A stretch of 64,000 nucleotides of DNA, taken from assembly GCF_044324785.1 (NCBI RefSeq), contig NZ_CP172127.1; one strand, 5' to 3'. Both the position numbers and the translations under genes were made by a program. This DNA is from Escherichia coli (GTDB lineage Bacteria > Pseudomonadota > Gammaproteobacteria > Enterobacterales > Enterobacteriaceae). The notes under the pieces were generated by a model that saw only the letters and a list, made by a program, of their open reading frames with translations, made no database searches and had not been told where the DNA came from. This document shows, in pieces, positions 1 through 10,926 of this stretch; position 1 is the first letter of the stretch; each line of letters opens with the position of its first letter.

Positions 1-1574
1 TGGATCCGTGCTGCCAGCGCGTGGATAAGCTGCCCGCGACGTTCTTCATCGCTGATCCGACACTGGATCTGCAAAATGATTTTTTCTTGGGCGGTAACAA
101 AAGCAATCGCATCGCCAGAATGAATTTCCGGTTCCTGTTCCGCAATATATTCAATATCCTGCGGCCAGATATTACGGCCACGAATAATAATCAGATCTTT
201 AATGCGTCCGGTGACATACAGATAACCGTCCAGCAGATAACCGAGGTCGCCGGTGTCTAACCAGCCCGTCGCGGCAATCTCGTCTTGTGAAATCTGGTCG
301 CCAAAGTAACCGCTCATCAGGCTAGGGCCGGAGATGCAAATATGGCCTACCACACGTTCCGCGACAGGTATACCTGCTTCATTGCGGATTTCAATGCCAT
401 GTTCCGGCAACGCTTTACCGCAGTTGACGAAAGTCGATACGGCGCGTGTTTCAGCATCCGGCGCGACGGCTTTGCCCTGATATTCGAGGATGTCGCGATC
501 CACTTCGTTAACCACAACCCCGGAAGCTTCATCAGAGAAGCTGACAGCCAGCGCATTTTCTGCCAGTCCGTAGCACGGCATGAAAGTTTTATCGTCAAAG
601 TTGACCTGACGGAAACATTCAGCGAATTGATGGAGTTGTTCTGCGGAGATGGGTTCTGCACCAATACCAGCGACGCGCCAGCAGGAAAGATCCAGTTCAG
701 CGAGATCTTTTTCATTCACGCGGCGCTGGCACAATTCATAGCCAAACGGCGGCGCAACGGAAACGGTGCCGCGATTTTTACTGATCAATTTAAGCCATTG
801 CAGAGGACGCATGGCAAAATCCTGAGTGCGCAAATAATCTACTGAGAGTTGCGTGGCGACGGGGGTCAGGAGAAAGCCGACCAGTCCCATATCATGGTAG
901 AAAGGCAGCCAGGAGACGCAGCGGTCGCCAGGGCGTAATTTTATGCCATCGTGGCTTATAGCACGTAGATTAGCCATCACTTCGCGATGGGTGATAATGA
1001 CGCCACGGGGAAAACGGGTGCTGCCGGAGGTGTACTGGAGGTAGGCGATATCGTTCGGAACTGGACGCTGGAGCGCAACATCGGCTTCCGGTAATGCCTT
1101 AAACCAGGCGTGGCTTAAAACATGTAATTCGGGGTTGTTGTTATGCGTCGCGGCATTGACCAGTGGCAACCACTCATCACCAGTGATAATGGCTGCGGGC
1201 TGGCAACTTGCCAGTAAACCCTGCAGCTTGCCGCTCCAGGAATCCCGCTGACCGACGCCCATGGGAATCGCCAACGGGACGGCGACTAAGCCGGCATACT
1301 GGCAGGCAAAAAAAGCCTCTACGAACCCGCTACTGGTTTCGGCAATCAGTGCCACGCGATCGCCTTTTTTCAGGTTTAGCGATAACAACCGCTTCGCACC
1401 AGCTTCGGCACGCGCTTTTAACGTCTGATATTCCAGTTGATCTTCAAGTTGGCAACGTCTGTCATAAAAATTCATTCCAGCGCTACTCAGAGCGGCATAG
1501 TCCAAAGCATCAACCAGCGTTGGAAAATCGGCATAGCGCATAGGTAGGGAATGCGTAAAGATTTTATTAGACAT
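1..1574 (-). CDS. Fatty-acyl-AMP ligase / acyl-CoA synthetase-like AMP-binding enzyme, 5' part only (gene runs off the window start)
   Basis: Minus-strand translation from ATG at 1574 (MSNKIFTHSLPMRYADF...) stays open to position 1 and contains the adenylate-forming motif YTSGSTRFPRGV plus GWLDTGDLGY. Absent from the ORF track, presumably because its stop lies outside the window. The + strand ORFs 342..845 and 1208..1543 are antisense artefacts. Confidence 0.6.
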   Translation of the reverse strand, partial: MSNKIFTHSLPMRYADFPTLVDALDYAALSSAGMNFYDRRCQLEDQLEYQTLKARAEAGAKRLLSLNLKKGDRVALIAETSSGFVEAFFACQYAGLVAVPLAIPMGVGQRDSWSGKLQGLLASCQPAAIITGDEWLPLVNAATHNNNPELHVLSHAWFKALPEADVALQRPVPNDIAYLQYTSGSTRFPRGVIITHREVMANLRAISHDGIKLRPGDRCVSWLPFYHDMGLVGFLLTPVATQLSVDYLRTQDFAMRPLQWLKLISKNRGTVSVAPPFGYELCQRRVNEKDLAELDLSCWRVAGIGAEPISAEQLHQFAECFRQVNFDDKTFMPCYGLAENALAVSFSDEASGVVVNEVDRDILEYQGKAVAPDAETRAVSTFVNCGKALPEHGIEIRNEAGIPVAERVVGHICISGPSLMSGYFGDQISQDEIAATGWLDTGDLGYLLDGYLYVTGRIKDLIIIRGRNIWPQDIEYIAEQEPEIHSGDAIAFVTAQEKIILQIQCRISDEERRGQLIHALAARI

Positions 1575-1944
1575 ATACACCACGAAAAAATTGGATATCA
1601 AAAATAAAATGACAATAATGCGGTGGATTATATAGGCATAAAAGATAAATGAGATAGTATTTTCATCAGTGTGAAAATGAACATTGATTTAAATAATGAA
1701 TTTGAGTTTTTTGTTTTTATTGTGAATGATATTTAATTTATGAATATATTAAGAAGGAGCCTTGTCCGGTCGCCTTAAATCGACAAAAGGCATTGTGGCG
1801 CTTCTGTGTAGTCTCTGACCTTATCGTAATCATTAATAAATACTATTTATTCGTCGTTTGTATTCATTGGGTTGATTATTAAGGTGCCGTTCGTTGCTGT
1901 TGCAACCTGTTTGTCACCGTTAATTATTTGTTACCCACAGAACT

Positions 1945-3087
1945 ATGGAATGCGATCTGCTGATGATTAAAATTGAAAAAGTAATTAATAAAAATGACCT
2001 TAAGGCATTTATCGCTTTTCCGTCATCACTTTATCCCGACGATCCAAACTGGATACCCCCTTTATTCATTGAACGCAACGAGCATTTGTCTGCGAAAAAT
2101 CCGGGGACGGACCATATCATCTGGCAGGCGTGGGTGGCAAAAAAAGCGGGGCAGATAGTTGGGCGTATTACCGCGCAAATAGATACCTTGCACCGCGAGC
2201 GTTACGGCAAAGATACCGGTCATTTCGGCATGATTGACGCCATTGATGATCCGCAGGTTTTTGCCGCGTTGTTTGGCGCAGCGGAAGCGTGGTTGAAGTC
2301 ACAAGGTGCAAGTAAGATCAGCGGGCCTTTCAGCCTGAATATCAATCAGGAAAGCGGATTACTGATTGAAGGTTTTGACACTCCGCCCTGTGCGATGATG
2401 CCACACGGCAAACCGTGGTATGCCGCGCATATTGAACAACTGGGTTATCACAAAGGCATTGATTTACTGGCGTGGTGGATGCAGCGAACCGATCTCACTT
2501 TCTCTCCGGCGCTAAAAAAACTGATGGATCAGGTGCGCAAAAAAGTGACCATTCGCTGCATCAATCGCCAGCGGTTTGCCGAAGAGATGCAGATCCTGCG
2601 TGAGATTTTCAATTCTGGCTGGCAGCACAACTGGGGATTTGTGCCGTTTACCGAACATGAATTCGCGACCATGGGCGATCAACTTAAATATCTGGTGCCG
2701 GACGATATGATCTACATCGCTGAGATTGATTCTGCACCCTGCGCGTTTATTGTCGGCTTGCCAAACATCAACGAGGCGATTGCCGATCTGAACGGATCGC
2801 TCTTTCCCTTCGGCTGGGCAAAATTGCTGTGGCGTTTAAAAGTCAGCGGTGTGCGAACTGCGCGAGTACCGCTGATGGGCGTGCGGGACGAGTATCAGTT
2901 CAGCCGCATCGGCCCGGTGATTGCGTTGTTATTGATTGAAGCCTTACGCGATCCGTTTGCCCGCCGGAAGATCGATGCGCTGGAGATGTCATGGATCCTC
3001 GAAACCAATACAGGCATGAATAACATGCTGGAACGCATTGGGGCAGAGCCGTACAAGCGTTACCGATTGTATGAAAAGCAGATTTAA
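1945..3087 (+). CDS. yghO: YghO-like GNAT-type acyltransferase family protein
   Basis: 380-aa ORF recalled as YghO (intact here; position next to glcC matches the K-12 order). Start uncertain: an in-frame ATG at 1963 (MIKIEK) is an alternative and neither has a clear Shine-Dalgarno. Confidence 0.55.
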   Translation: MECDLLMIKIEKVINKNDLKAFIAFPSSLYPDDPNWIPPLFIERNEHLSAKNPGTDHIIWQAWVAKKAGQIVGRITAQIDTLHRERYGKDTGHFGMIDAIDDPQVFAALFGAAEAWLKSQGASKISGPFSLNINQESGLLIEGFDTPPCAMMPHGKPWYAAHIEQLGYHKGIDLLAWWMQRTDLTFSPALKKLMDQVRKKVTIRCINRQRFAEEMQILREIFNSGWQHNWGFVPFTEHEFATMGDQLKYLVPDDMIYIAEIDSAPCAFIVGLPNINEAIADLNGSLFPFGWAKLLWRLKVSGVRTARVPLMGVRDEYQFSRIGPVIALLLIEALRDPFARRKIDALEMSWILETNTGMNNMLERIGAEPYKRYRLYEKQI

Positions 3088-3162
3088 TACCAGATCCTGT
3101 TAAGCGCAGGGGCGATCCCTCGCCCCTCGGGGAAAGGGTTAGGGTGAGGGTGAAAACTCGGC

Positions 3163-3933
3163 TCACATTCCCACCTTGTTCATCTCCAGCGGCACCGCCG
3201 AGCGAATCAAATGGTGGCCTTCCAGCTCGATATCGTGGAGATTCTTTTTCACGGTCCGCACATGATCGCGTGCTGCGCGCTGGGCGACGTGCGGCAGCCG
3301 CTGCAACACCGCGTTGTAGATCCGCGCATGCTGGCGATCGATCTGCTTTTTTTGCTGTGGTCGATGGTAGAGATTATTTACGCTGGCAAACACTGAATTA
3401 AACATCAGATCGGTCAATGATTGCAGCGTAAACACCAACACCTGATTGTGAGAAGCCTGACAAATGGCGAGATGGAAAGCGTGATCCAACTGCGCATGTT
3501 CGATCAGCGAAATCTCTTTGTTGTTCTCACTGGCGGCGAGCATTTTTTCATAACAGCGGGTTATCACAACAAAATCAGCCTGGGTTCCCAGCGTTGCCGC
3601 CAGCCTTGCCGATTCACCCTCCAGCAATGCGCGAACGTCGAGCAGATCGTACAGCGTTCGCGGCTGCGTACTGAACAGATGGATCAGCGGGCTGGTGTCC
3701 TGCACCCGATTAAGCCGTGCGACACGAGAATCGCGACCCTGCGCCGTTTCAATAATCCCGCGCCCGCGCAGCACGGTCAGCCCTTCACGCAGTGCGGAGC
3801 GTGAGAAGCCGAGCTTTTCACACAGTCGACGTTCCGAGGGAAGCGGCTGACCGACCTTCAGTACGCCGTCGATAATTAACCGTTCGATACTCTCTGCAAC
3901 CACTTCGCAAATAGGGCGACGTTCATCTTTCAT
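3163..3933 (-). CDS. glcC: GntR/FadR-family transcriptional activator of the glycolate operon
   Basis: Protein from MKDERRPICEVVAESIERL... matches recalled GlcC. The track ORF extends 23 codons upstream; the ATG at 3933 is taken as the start. Divergent from glcD. Confidence 0.9.
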   Translation of the reverse strand: MKDERRPICEVVAESIERLIIDGVLKVGQPLPSERRLCEKLGFSRSALREGLTVLRGRGIIETAQGRDSRVARLNRVQDTSPLIHLFSTQPRTLYDLLDVRALLEGESARLAATLGTQADFVVITRCYEKMLAASENNKEISLIEHAQLDHAFHLAICQASHNQVLVFTLQSLTDLMFNSVFASVNNLYHRPQQKKQIDRQHARIYNAVLQRLPHVAQRAARDHVRTVKKNLHDIELEGHHLIRSAVPLEMNKVGM

Positions 3934-4183
3934 TCCCGGACCTCGTGCACAGGTAGGACCAATTTTTCTGTTCTTAACTCGCAAAACACGCACATCACGC
4001 AAGTGATTATGTTACATCAATTTAACATTAAGTTAACCAAGACAAGGTCACAGAGCTGGAAAAAAAATGGTCTGACCGGTAGCTAAAGAGATAGACGAAA
4101 ACGAAAAGCCCGCTTAATAACTGTTCACAGAAGCAGCGCGAAAAAATCAGCTGCCACACAACACAACAAAGCGAACCCTACTC
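3934..4183. promoter_or_regulatory. glcC-glcD divergent intergenic control region
   Basis: 250 bp AT-rich spacer between divergent glcC and glcD. The glc promoters and GlcC/IHF sites are known to lie here, but no individual site was mapped from sequence. Confidence 0.4.
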
Positions 4184-5683
4184 ATGAGCATCTTGTACGA
4201 AGAGCGTCTTGATGGCGCTTTACCCGATGTCGACCGCACATCGGTACTGATGGCACTGCGTGAGCATGTCCCTGGACTGGAGATCCTGCATACCGATGAG
4301 GAGATCATTCCTTACGAGTGTGACGGGTTGAGCGCGTATCGCACGCGTCCATTACTGGTTGTTCTGCCTAAGCAGATGGAACAGGTGACGGCGATTCTGG
4401 CTGTCTGCCACCGCCTGCGTGTACCGGTGGTGACCCGTGGTGCAGGCACCGGGCTTTCTGGTGGCGCGCTGCCGCTGGAAAAAGGTGTGTTGTTGGTGAT
4501 GGCGCGCTTTAAAGAGATCCTCGACATTAACCCCGTTGGTCGCCGTGCGCGCGTGCAGCCGGGCGTGCGTAACCTGGCGATCTCCCAGGCCGTTGCGCCG
4601 CATAATCTCTATTACGCGCCGGATCCGTCCTCACAAATCGCCTGTTCGATTGGCGGCAATGTGGCGGAAAATGCCGGTGGCGTTCACTGCCTGAAATATG
4701 GTCTAACCGTACATAACCTGCTGAAAATTGAAGTGCAAACGCTGGACGGCGAGGCGCTGACGCTGGGATCGGACGCGCTGGATTCGCCTGGTTTTGACCT
4801 GCTGGCGCTGTTTACCGGATCGGAAGGTATGCTCGGCGTGACCACCGAAGTGACGGTAAAACTGCTGCCGAAGCCGCCCGTGGCGCGGGTGCTGTTAGCC
4901 AGCTTTGACTCGGTAGAAAAAGCCGGACTTGCGGTTGGTGACATCATCGCCAATGGCATTATCCCCGGCGGGCTGGAGATGATGGATAACCTGTCGATCC
5001 GCGCGGCAGAAGATTTTATACATGCCGGTTATCCCGTCGATGCCGAAGCGATTTTATTGTGCGAGCTGGACGGCGTGGAGTCTGACGTACAGGAAGACTG
5101 CGAGCGAGTTAACGACATCTTGTTGAAAGCGGGCGCGACTGACGTCCGTCTGGCACAGGACGAAGCAGAGCGCGTACGTTTCTGGGCCGGCCGCAAGAAT
5201 GCCTTCCCGGCAGTGGGGCGCATTTCCCCGGATTACTACTGCATGGATGGCACCATCCCGCGCCGCGCCCTGCCTGGCGTACTGGAAGGCATTGCCCGTT
5301 TATCGCAGCAATATGATTTACGCGTTGCCAACGTCTTTCATGCCGGAGACGGCAACATGCACCCGTTAATCCTTTTCGATGCCAACGAACCCGGTGAATT
5401 TGCCCGCGCGGAAGAACTGGGCGGGAAGATCCTCGAACTCTGCGTTGAAGTTGGCGGCAGCATCAGTGGGGAACATGGCATCGGGCGCGAAAAAATCAAT
5501 CAAATGTGCGCCCAGTTCAACAGCGATGAAATCACGACCTTCCATGCGGTCAAGGCGGCGTTTGACCCCGATGGTTTGCTGAACCCAGGAAAAAACATTC
5601 CCACGCTACACCGCTGTGCTGAATTTGGTGCCATGCATGTGCATCACGGTCATTTACCTTTCCCTGAACTGGAGCGTTTCTGA
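4184..5683 (+). CDS. glcD: Glycolate oxidase FAD-linked subunit
   Basis: 499-aa ORF MSILYEERLDGALPDVDRTSV..., FAD-binding oxidase family; first gene of the glcDEFGBA order. Confidence 0.92.
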   Translation: MSILYEERLDGALPDVDRTSVLMALREHVPGLEILHTDEEIIPYECDGLSAYRTRPLLVVLPKQMEQVTAILAVCHRLRVPVVTRGAGTGLSGGALPLEKGVLLVMARFKEILDINPVGRRARVQPGVRNLAISQAVAPHNLYYAPDPSSQIACSIGGNVAENAGGVHCLKYGLTVHNLLKIEVQTLDGEALTLGSDALDSPGFDLLALFTGSEGMLGVTTEVTVKLLPKPPVARVLLASFDSVEKAGLAVGDIIANGIIPGGLEMMDNLSIRAAEDFIHAGYPVDAEAILLCELDGVESDVQEDCERVNDILLKAGATDVRLAQDEAERVRFWAGRKNAFPAVGRISPDYYCMDGTIPRRALPGVLEGIARLSQQYDLRVANVFHAGDGNMHPLILFDANEPGEFARAEELGGKILELCVEVGGSISGEHGIGREKINQMCAQFNSDEITTFHAVKAAFDPDGLLNPGKNIPTLHRCAEFGAMHVHHGHLPFPELERF

Positions 5684-6735
5684 TGCTACGCGAGTGTGAT
5701 TACAGCCAGGCACTGTTGGAGCAGGTGAATCAGGCGATTAGCGATAAAACGCCGCTGGTGATTCAGGGCAGCAATAGCAAAGCCTTTTTAGGTCGTCCTG
5801 TCACCGGGCAAACGCTGGATGTGCGTTGTCATCGCGGCATTGTTAATTACGACCCGACCGAGCTGGTGATAACCGCTCGTGCCGGAACGCCGCTGGTGGC
5901 GATTGAAGCGGCGCTGGAGAGCGCCGGGCAAATGCTCCCCTGCGAGCCGCCACATTATGGTGAAGAAGCCACCTGGGGCGGGATGGTCGCCTGCGGGCTG
6001 GCGGGGCCGCGTCGCCCGTGGAGCGGTTCGGTCCGCGATTTTGTCCTCGGCACGCGCATCATTACCGGCACTGGAAAACATCTGCGTTTTGGTGGCGAAG
6101 TGATGAAAAACGTTGCCGGATACGATCTCTCGCGATTAATGGCCGGAAGCTACGGTTGTCTTGGCGTGCTCACTGAAATCTCGATGAAAGTGTTACCGCG
6201 ACCGCGCGCCTCCCTGAGCCTGCGTCGGGAAATCAGCCTGCAAGAAGCCATGAATGAAATCGCCCTGTGGCAACTCCAGCCGCTACCCATTAGTGGCTTA
6301 TGTTACTTCGACAATGCGTTGTGGATCCGCCTTGAGGGCGGCGAAGGATCGGTAAAAGCAGCGCGTGAACTGCTGGGGGGCGAAGAGGTTGCGGGTCAGT
6401 TCTGGCAGCAATTGCGTGAACAACAACTGCCGTTCTTCTCGTTACCAGGTACCTTATGGCGCATTTCCTTACCCAGCGATGCGCCGATGATAGATTTACC
6501 CGGCGAGCAACTGATCGACTGGGGCGGGGCGCTACGCTGGCTGAAATCGACAGCCGATGACAATCAAATCCATCGCATCGCCCGCAACGCGGGCGGTCAT
6601 GCGACCCGCTTTAGTGCCGGAGATGGTGGCTTTGCCCCGCTACCGGCTCCTTTATTCCGCTATCACCAGCAGCTTAAACAGCAGCTCGACCCTTGCGGCG
6701 TGTTTAACCCCGGTCGCATGTACGCGGAACTTTGA
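5683..6735 (+). CDS. glcE: Glycolate oxidase FAD-binding subunit
   Basis: 350-aa ORF; start overlaps the glcD stop (ATGA), typical operon coupling. Confidence 0.9.
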   Translation: MLRECDYSQALLEQVNQAISDKTPLVIQGSNSKAFLGRPVTGQTLDVRCHRGIVNYDPTELVITARAGTPLVAIEAALESAGQMLPCEPPHYGEEATWGGMVACGLAGPRRPWSGSVRDFVLGTRIITGTGKHLRFGGEVMKNVAGYDLSRLMAGSYGCLGVLTEISMKVLPRPRASLSLRREISLQEAMNEIALWQLQPLPISGLCYFDNALWIRLEGGEGSVKAARELLGGEEVAGQFWQQLREQQLPFFSLPGTLWRISLPSDAPMIDLPGEQLIDWGGALRWLKSTADDNQIHRIARNAGGHATRFSAGDGGFAPLPAPLFRYHQQLKQQLDPCGVFNPGRMYAEL

Positions 6736-6745
6736 GGAGCAGGCT

Positions 6746-7969
6746 ATGCAAACCCAATTAACTGAAGAGATGCGGCAGAACGCGCGCGCGCTGGAAGCCG
6801 ACAGCATCCTGCGCGCCTGTGTTCACTGCGGATTTTGTACCGCAACCTGCCCAACCTATCAGCTTCTGGGCGATGAACTGGACGGGCCGCGCGGGCGCAT
6901 CTATCTGATTAAACAGGTGCTGGAAGGCAACGACGTCACGCTTAAAACGCAGGAACATCTCGATCGCTGTCTCACTTGCCGTAATTGTGAAACCACCTGT
7001 CCTTCTGGTGTGCGCTATCACAATTTGCTGGATATCGGGCGTGATATTGTCGAGCAGAAAGTGAAACGCCCATTGCCGGAGCGAATGCTGCGCGAAGGAT
7101 TGCGCCAGGTAGTGCCGCGTCCGGCGGTCTTCCGTGCGCTGACGCAGGTAGGACTGGTGCTGCGACCGTTTCTGCCGGAACAGGTCAGAGCAAAACTGCC
7201 TGCCGAAACGGTGAAAGCTAAACCGCGACCACCGCTGCGCCATAAGCGTCGGGTTTTAATGCTGGAAGGCTGCGCCCAGCCTACGCTTTCGCCCAACACC
7301 AACGCGGCAACCGCGCGAGTGCTGGATCGTCTGGGGATCAGCGTCATGCCAGCTAACGAAGCAGGCTGTTGTGGCGCGGTGGACTATCATCTTAATGCGC
7401 AAGAGAAAGGGCTGGCGCGGGCGCGAAATAATATTGATGCCTGGTGGCCCGCGATTGAAGCAGGTGTCGAGGCAATTTTGCAAACCGCCAGCGGTTGTGG
7501 CGCGTTCGTTAAAGAGTATGGGCAGATGCTGAAAAACGATGCGTTATATGCCGATAAAGCGCGTCAGGTCAGTGAGCTGGCGGTCGATTTAGTCGAACTT
7601 CTGCGCGAGGAACCGCTGGAAAAACTGGCAATTCGCGGCGATAAAAAACTGGCCTTCCACTGCCCGTGTACCCTACAACATGCGCAAAAGCTGAACGGCG
7701 AAGTGGAAAAAGTGTTGCTTCGTCTTGGATTTACCTTAACGGACGTTCCCGACAGCCATCTGTGCTGCGGGTCGGCGGGAACATATGCGTTAACGCATCC
7801 CGATCTGGCGCGCCAGCTGCGGGATAACAAAATGAATGCGCTGGAAAGCGGCAAACCGGAAATGATCGTCACCGCCAACATTGGTTGCCAGACGCATCTG
7901 GCGAGCGCCGGTCATACCTCTGTGCGTCACTGGATTGAAATTGTAGAACAAGCCCTTGATAAGGAATAA
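6746..7969 (+). CDS. glcF: Glycolate oxidase iron-sulfur subunit
   Basis: Translation from ATG 6746 (MQTQLTEEMRQNARALEADSILRACVHCGFCTATCPTYQ) has two CxxCxxCxxxCP ferredoxin-like motifs; AGGAG Shine-Dalgarno at 6734-6738. The track ORF start at 6557 is an in-frame overlap with glcE. Confidence 0.9.
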   Translation: MQTQLTEEMRQNARALEADSILRACVHCGFCTATCPTYQLLGDELDGPRGRIYLIKQVLEGNDVTLKTQEHLDRCLTCRNCETTCPSGVRYHNLLDIGRDIVEQKVKRPLPERMLREGLRQVVPRPAVFRALTQVGLVLRPFLPEQVRAKLPAETVKAKPRPPLRHKRRVLMLEGCAQPTLSPNTNAATARVLDRLGISVMPANEAGCCGAVDYHLNAQEKGLARARNNIDAWWPAIEAGVEAILQTASGCGAFVKEYGQMLKNDALYADKARQVSELAVDLVELLREEPLEKLAIRGDKKLAFHCPCTLQHAQKLNGEVEKVLLRLGFTLTDVPDSHLCCGSAGTYALTHPDLARQLRDNKMNALESGKPEMIVTANIGCQTHLASAGHTSVRHWIEIVEQALDKE

Positions 7970-7973
7970 CAAA

Positions 7974-8378
7974 ATGAAAACTAAAGTCATTCTTAGCCAG
8001 CAAATGGCGAGTGCAATTATTGCCGCAGGTCAGGAAGAGGCGCAGAAAAATAACTGGTCTGTTTCCATTGCTGTTGCTGATGACGGCGGTCATCTGCTGG
8101 CGTTAAGCCGCATGGACGATTGCGCGCCGATTGCGGCTTACATCTCCCAGGAGAAAGCGCGTACCGCCGCGCTGGGGCGTCGTGAAACTAAGGGCTATGA
8201 AGAGATGGTGAACAACGGACGTACCGCGTTCGTGACTGCGCCGTTACTGACGTCGCTAGAAGGTGGCGTACCGGTTGTTGTGGATGGGCAAATTATTGGT
8301 GCCGTGGGCGTTTCTGGTTTAACCGGAGCACAGGATGCGCAGGTCGCGAAAGCGGCAGCAGCGGTGTTGGCGAAATAA
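7974..8378 (+). CDS. glcG: GlcG protein (DUF336 / heme-binding-like)
   Basis: 134-aa product from ATG 7974 (MKTKVILSQQMASAIIAAGQEEAQKNNW...); the track start at 7956 is TTG. Confidence 0.88.
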   Translation: MKTKVILSQQMASAIIAAGQEEAQKNNWSVSIAVADDGGHLLALSRMDDCAPIAAYISQEKARTAALGRRETKGYEEMVNNGRTAFVTAPLLTSLEGGVPVVVDGQIIGAVGVSGLTGAQDAQVAKAAAAVLAK

Positions 8379-8399
8379 GCGAAAACGAGGAGATAAACA

Positions 8400-10571
8400 A
8401 TGAGTCAAACCATAACCCAGGGCCGTTTACGCATTGACGCCAACTTTAAACGTTTTGTCGATGAAGAAGTTTTACCGGGCGTGGAGCTGGACGTTGCGGC
8501 GTTCTGGCGCAATTTTGATGAGATCGTTCACGATCTGGCACCAGAAAATCGTCAGTTGCTGGCAGAACGCGATCGCATTCAGGCGGCGCTTGATGAGTGG
8601 CATCGCAGCAATCCGGGGCCGGTTAAAGATAAAGAGGCCTATAAATCTTTCCTGCGTGAACTGGGCTACCTGGTGCTACAACCGGAGCGCGTGACGGTGG
8701 AAACCACGGGCATTGACAGCGAAATCACCAGCCAGGCGGGGCCACAGCTGGTGGTTCCGGCAATGAACGCCCGCTACGCGCTGAACGCGGCGAACGCTCG
8801 CTGGGGCTCACTGTACGATGCGTTATACGGCAGCGACATCATCCCGCAGGAAGGGGCGATGGTCAGCGGCTACGATCCGCAACGCGGTGAGCAGGTTATC
8901 GCCTGGGTTCGGCGTTTCCTCGATGAATCACTACCGCTGGAAAACGGCAGCTATCAGGATGTGGTGGCGTTTAAGGTGGTCGATAAACAATTACGCATCC
9001 AGTTGAAAAATGGTAAAGAAACCACGTTACGTACCCCGGCGCAGTTTGTCGGTTACCGTGGCGATGCCGCTGCGCCGACCTGCATTTTGCTGAAAAATAA
9101 CGGTCTGCATATTGAACTGCAAATTGATGCCAACGGGCGGATTGGCAAAGACGATCCGGCGCATATCAACGATGTTATCGTCGAAGCGGCCATCAGTACC
9201 ATTCTCGACTGCGAAGATTCGGTCGCGGCGGTTGATGCGGAAGATAAAATCCTGCTGTACCGCAACCTGCTGGGCCTGATGCAGGGGACTCTGCAAGAGA
9301 AAATGGAAAAAAACGGTCGGCAAATCGTGCGTAAACTGAATGACGATCGTCATTACACCGCCGCCGATGGCTCTGAAATTTCTCTGCACGGACGCTCGCT
9401 GCTGTTTATCCGCAACGTGGGTCATTTGATGACTATTCCTGTGATTTGGGACAGCGAAGGCAATGAAATCCCGGAAGGCATTCTTGATGGCGTCATGACT
9501 GGCGCGATTGCCCTCTATGATTTAAAAGTGCAGAAAAACTCGCGCACTGGCAGCGTCTATATTGTGAAACCGAAAATGCACGGTCCGCAGGAAGTGGCGT
9601 TCGCCAACAAACTGTTTACCCGCATTGAGACAATGCTCGGTATGGCACCGAATACCCTGAAAATGGGCATTATGGATGAAGAACGCCGGACCTCGCTGAA
9701 CTTGCGTAGCTGTATCGCTCAGGCGCGCAACCGCGTGGCGTTCATCAATACCGGTTTCCTCGACCGTACCGGCGATGAAATGCATTCGGTGATGGAAGCG
9801 GGCCCGATGCTGCGTAAAAACCAGATGAAATCGACGCCGTGGATCAAAGCCTACGAACGTAATAACGTGCTTTCCGGTCTGTTCTGTGGGCTACGTGGAA
9901 AAGCGCAAATCGGTAAAGGCATGTGGGCAATGCCGGACCTGATGGCAGACATGTACAGCCAGAAGGGCGACCAATTGCGTGCCGGGGCAAACACGGCCTG
10001 GGTTCCGTCGCCAACTGCCGCTACGCTCCATGCGCTGCACTACCACCAAACCAACGTACAGAGCGTGCAAGCCAACATTGCCCAGACCGAGTTCAATGCT
10101 GAATTTGAACCGCTGCTGGACGATCTGCTGACTATTCCGGTTGCTGAAAACGCTAACTGGTCGGCGCAAGAGATCCAACAAGAGCTGGATAACAACGTGC
10201 AGGGGATTCTGGGGTACGTGGTGCGTTGGGTGGAGCAGGGGATTGGTTGTTCAAAAGTGCCGGATATTCACAACGTGGCGTTGATGGAAGACCGCGCAAC
10301 GCTGCGTATTTCCAGCCAGCATATCGCCAACTGGTTACGTCACGGTATTCTGACCAAAGATCAGGTGCAGGCGTCGCTGGAGAATATGGCGAAAGTGGTT
10401 GATCAGCAAAACGCTGGCGATCCGGCTTATCGTCCAATGGTGGAGAATTTCGCTAACTCGTGTGCTTTTAAAGCTGCCTGCGATTTGATCTTCCTCGGCG
10501 TGAAACAGCCAAACGGCTATACCGAACCGTTATTACACGCATGGCGTTTACGCGAAAAAGAAAATCATTAA
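8400..10571 (+). CDS. glcB: Malate synthase G
   Basis: 723-aa [30 protein letters not shown]..., recalled as malate synthase G in the glc operon context. Confidence 0.93.
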   Translation: MSQTITQGRLRIDANFKRFVDEEVLPGVELDVAAFWRNFDEIVHDLAPENRQLLAERDRIQAALDEWHRSNPGPVKDKEAYKSFLRELGYLVLQPERVTVETTGIDSEITSQAGPQLVVPAMNARYALNAANARWGSLYDALYGSDIIPQEGAMVSGYDPQRGEQVIAWVRRFLDESLPLENGSYQDVVAFKVVDKQLRIQLKNGKETTLRTPAQFVGYRGDAAAPTCILLKNNGLHIELQIDANGRIGKDDPAHINDVIVEAAISTILDCEDSVAAVDAEDKILLYRNLLGLMQGTLQEKMEKNGRQIVRKLNDDRHYTAADGSEISLHGRSLLFIRNVGHLMTIPVIWDSEGNEIPEGILDGVMTGAIALYDLKVQKNSRTGSVYIVKPKMHGPQEVAFANKLFTRIETMLGMAPNTLKMGIMDEERRTSLNLRSCIAQARNRVAFINTGFLDRTGDEMHSVMEAGPMLRKNQMKSTPWIKAYERNNVLSGLFCGLRGKAQIGKGMWAMPDLMADMYSQKGDQLRAGANTAWVPSPTAATLHALHYHQTNVQSVQANIAQTEFNAEFEPLLDDLLTIPVAENANWSAQEIQQELDNNVQGILGYVVRWVEQGIGCSKVPDIHNVALMEDRATLRISSQHIANWLRHGILTKDQVQASLENMAKVVDQQNAGDPAYRPMVENFANSCAFKAACDLIFLGVKQPNGYTEPLLHAWRLREKENH

Positions 10572-10926
10572 TAGCGTCAAAAAAAGCCCCGGCAAGATTT
10601 ATTGTCGGGGCTATGATAGTAACTGCGGTAGTACATTTATCCCGGAAATAACCGGAGCGATTATCAGGGGTTAACAATATTAAATACCCGTAGCGCATCA
10701 CTAGCGGGATTAAAACAACAATATGGACATCTTAACGATACTCTGCGCCTGCGTGTGCGGAACAGAAACCCTTACCCGATATACTTGTTATGCCAGAGGT
10801 AGCAATTGCGTTAGCGGCGTACTGTTGCTGTAAAGTATAACGCCTATATTTTACAGTTCAGTCCTCTTTTGCTTATTACAACCTTAAGTATATCAAGCAT
10901 ATAAAGATAATAAGAGACTGAACAAT

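Noticed and set aside
342-845. Plus-strand ORFs (342..845, 1208..1543) and minus ORF 347..715 at the window start
   Set aside because: They overlap, in other frames or antisense, the minus-strand AMP-binding enzyme gene whose translation is coherent and motif-bearing; judged spurious.
3108-3127. Perfect 8-bp palindrome (aggggcga-tccc-tcgcccct) between convergent yghO and glcC
   Set aside because: No adjacent U-tract on either strand, so not confidently an intrinsic terminator; could be a protein site or chance. Left unannotated.
6557-6745. Upstream extension of the glcF ORF in the six-frame track
   Set aside because: The extension is an in-frame overlap with the glcE 3' end; the ATG at 6746 with an AGGAG Shine-Dalgarno gives the expected GlcF N-terminus.
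10583-10612. Hairpin-like sequence after glcB (agccccggcaa...ttgtcgggg)
   Set aside because: Imperfect stem with no T-run; glcB and glcA belong to one operon, so a strong terminator here is unlikely.
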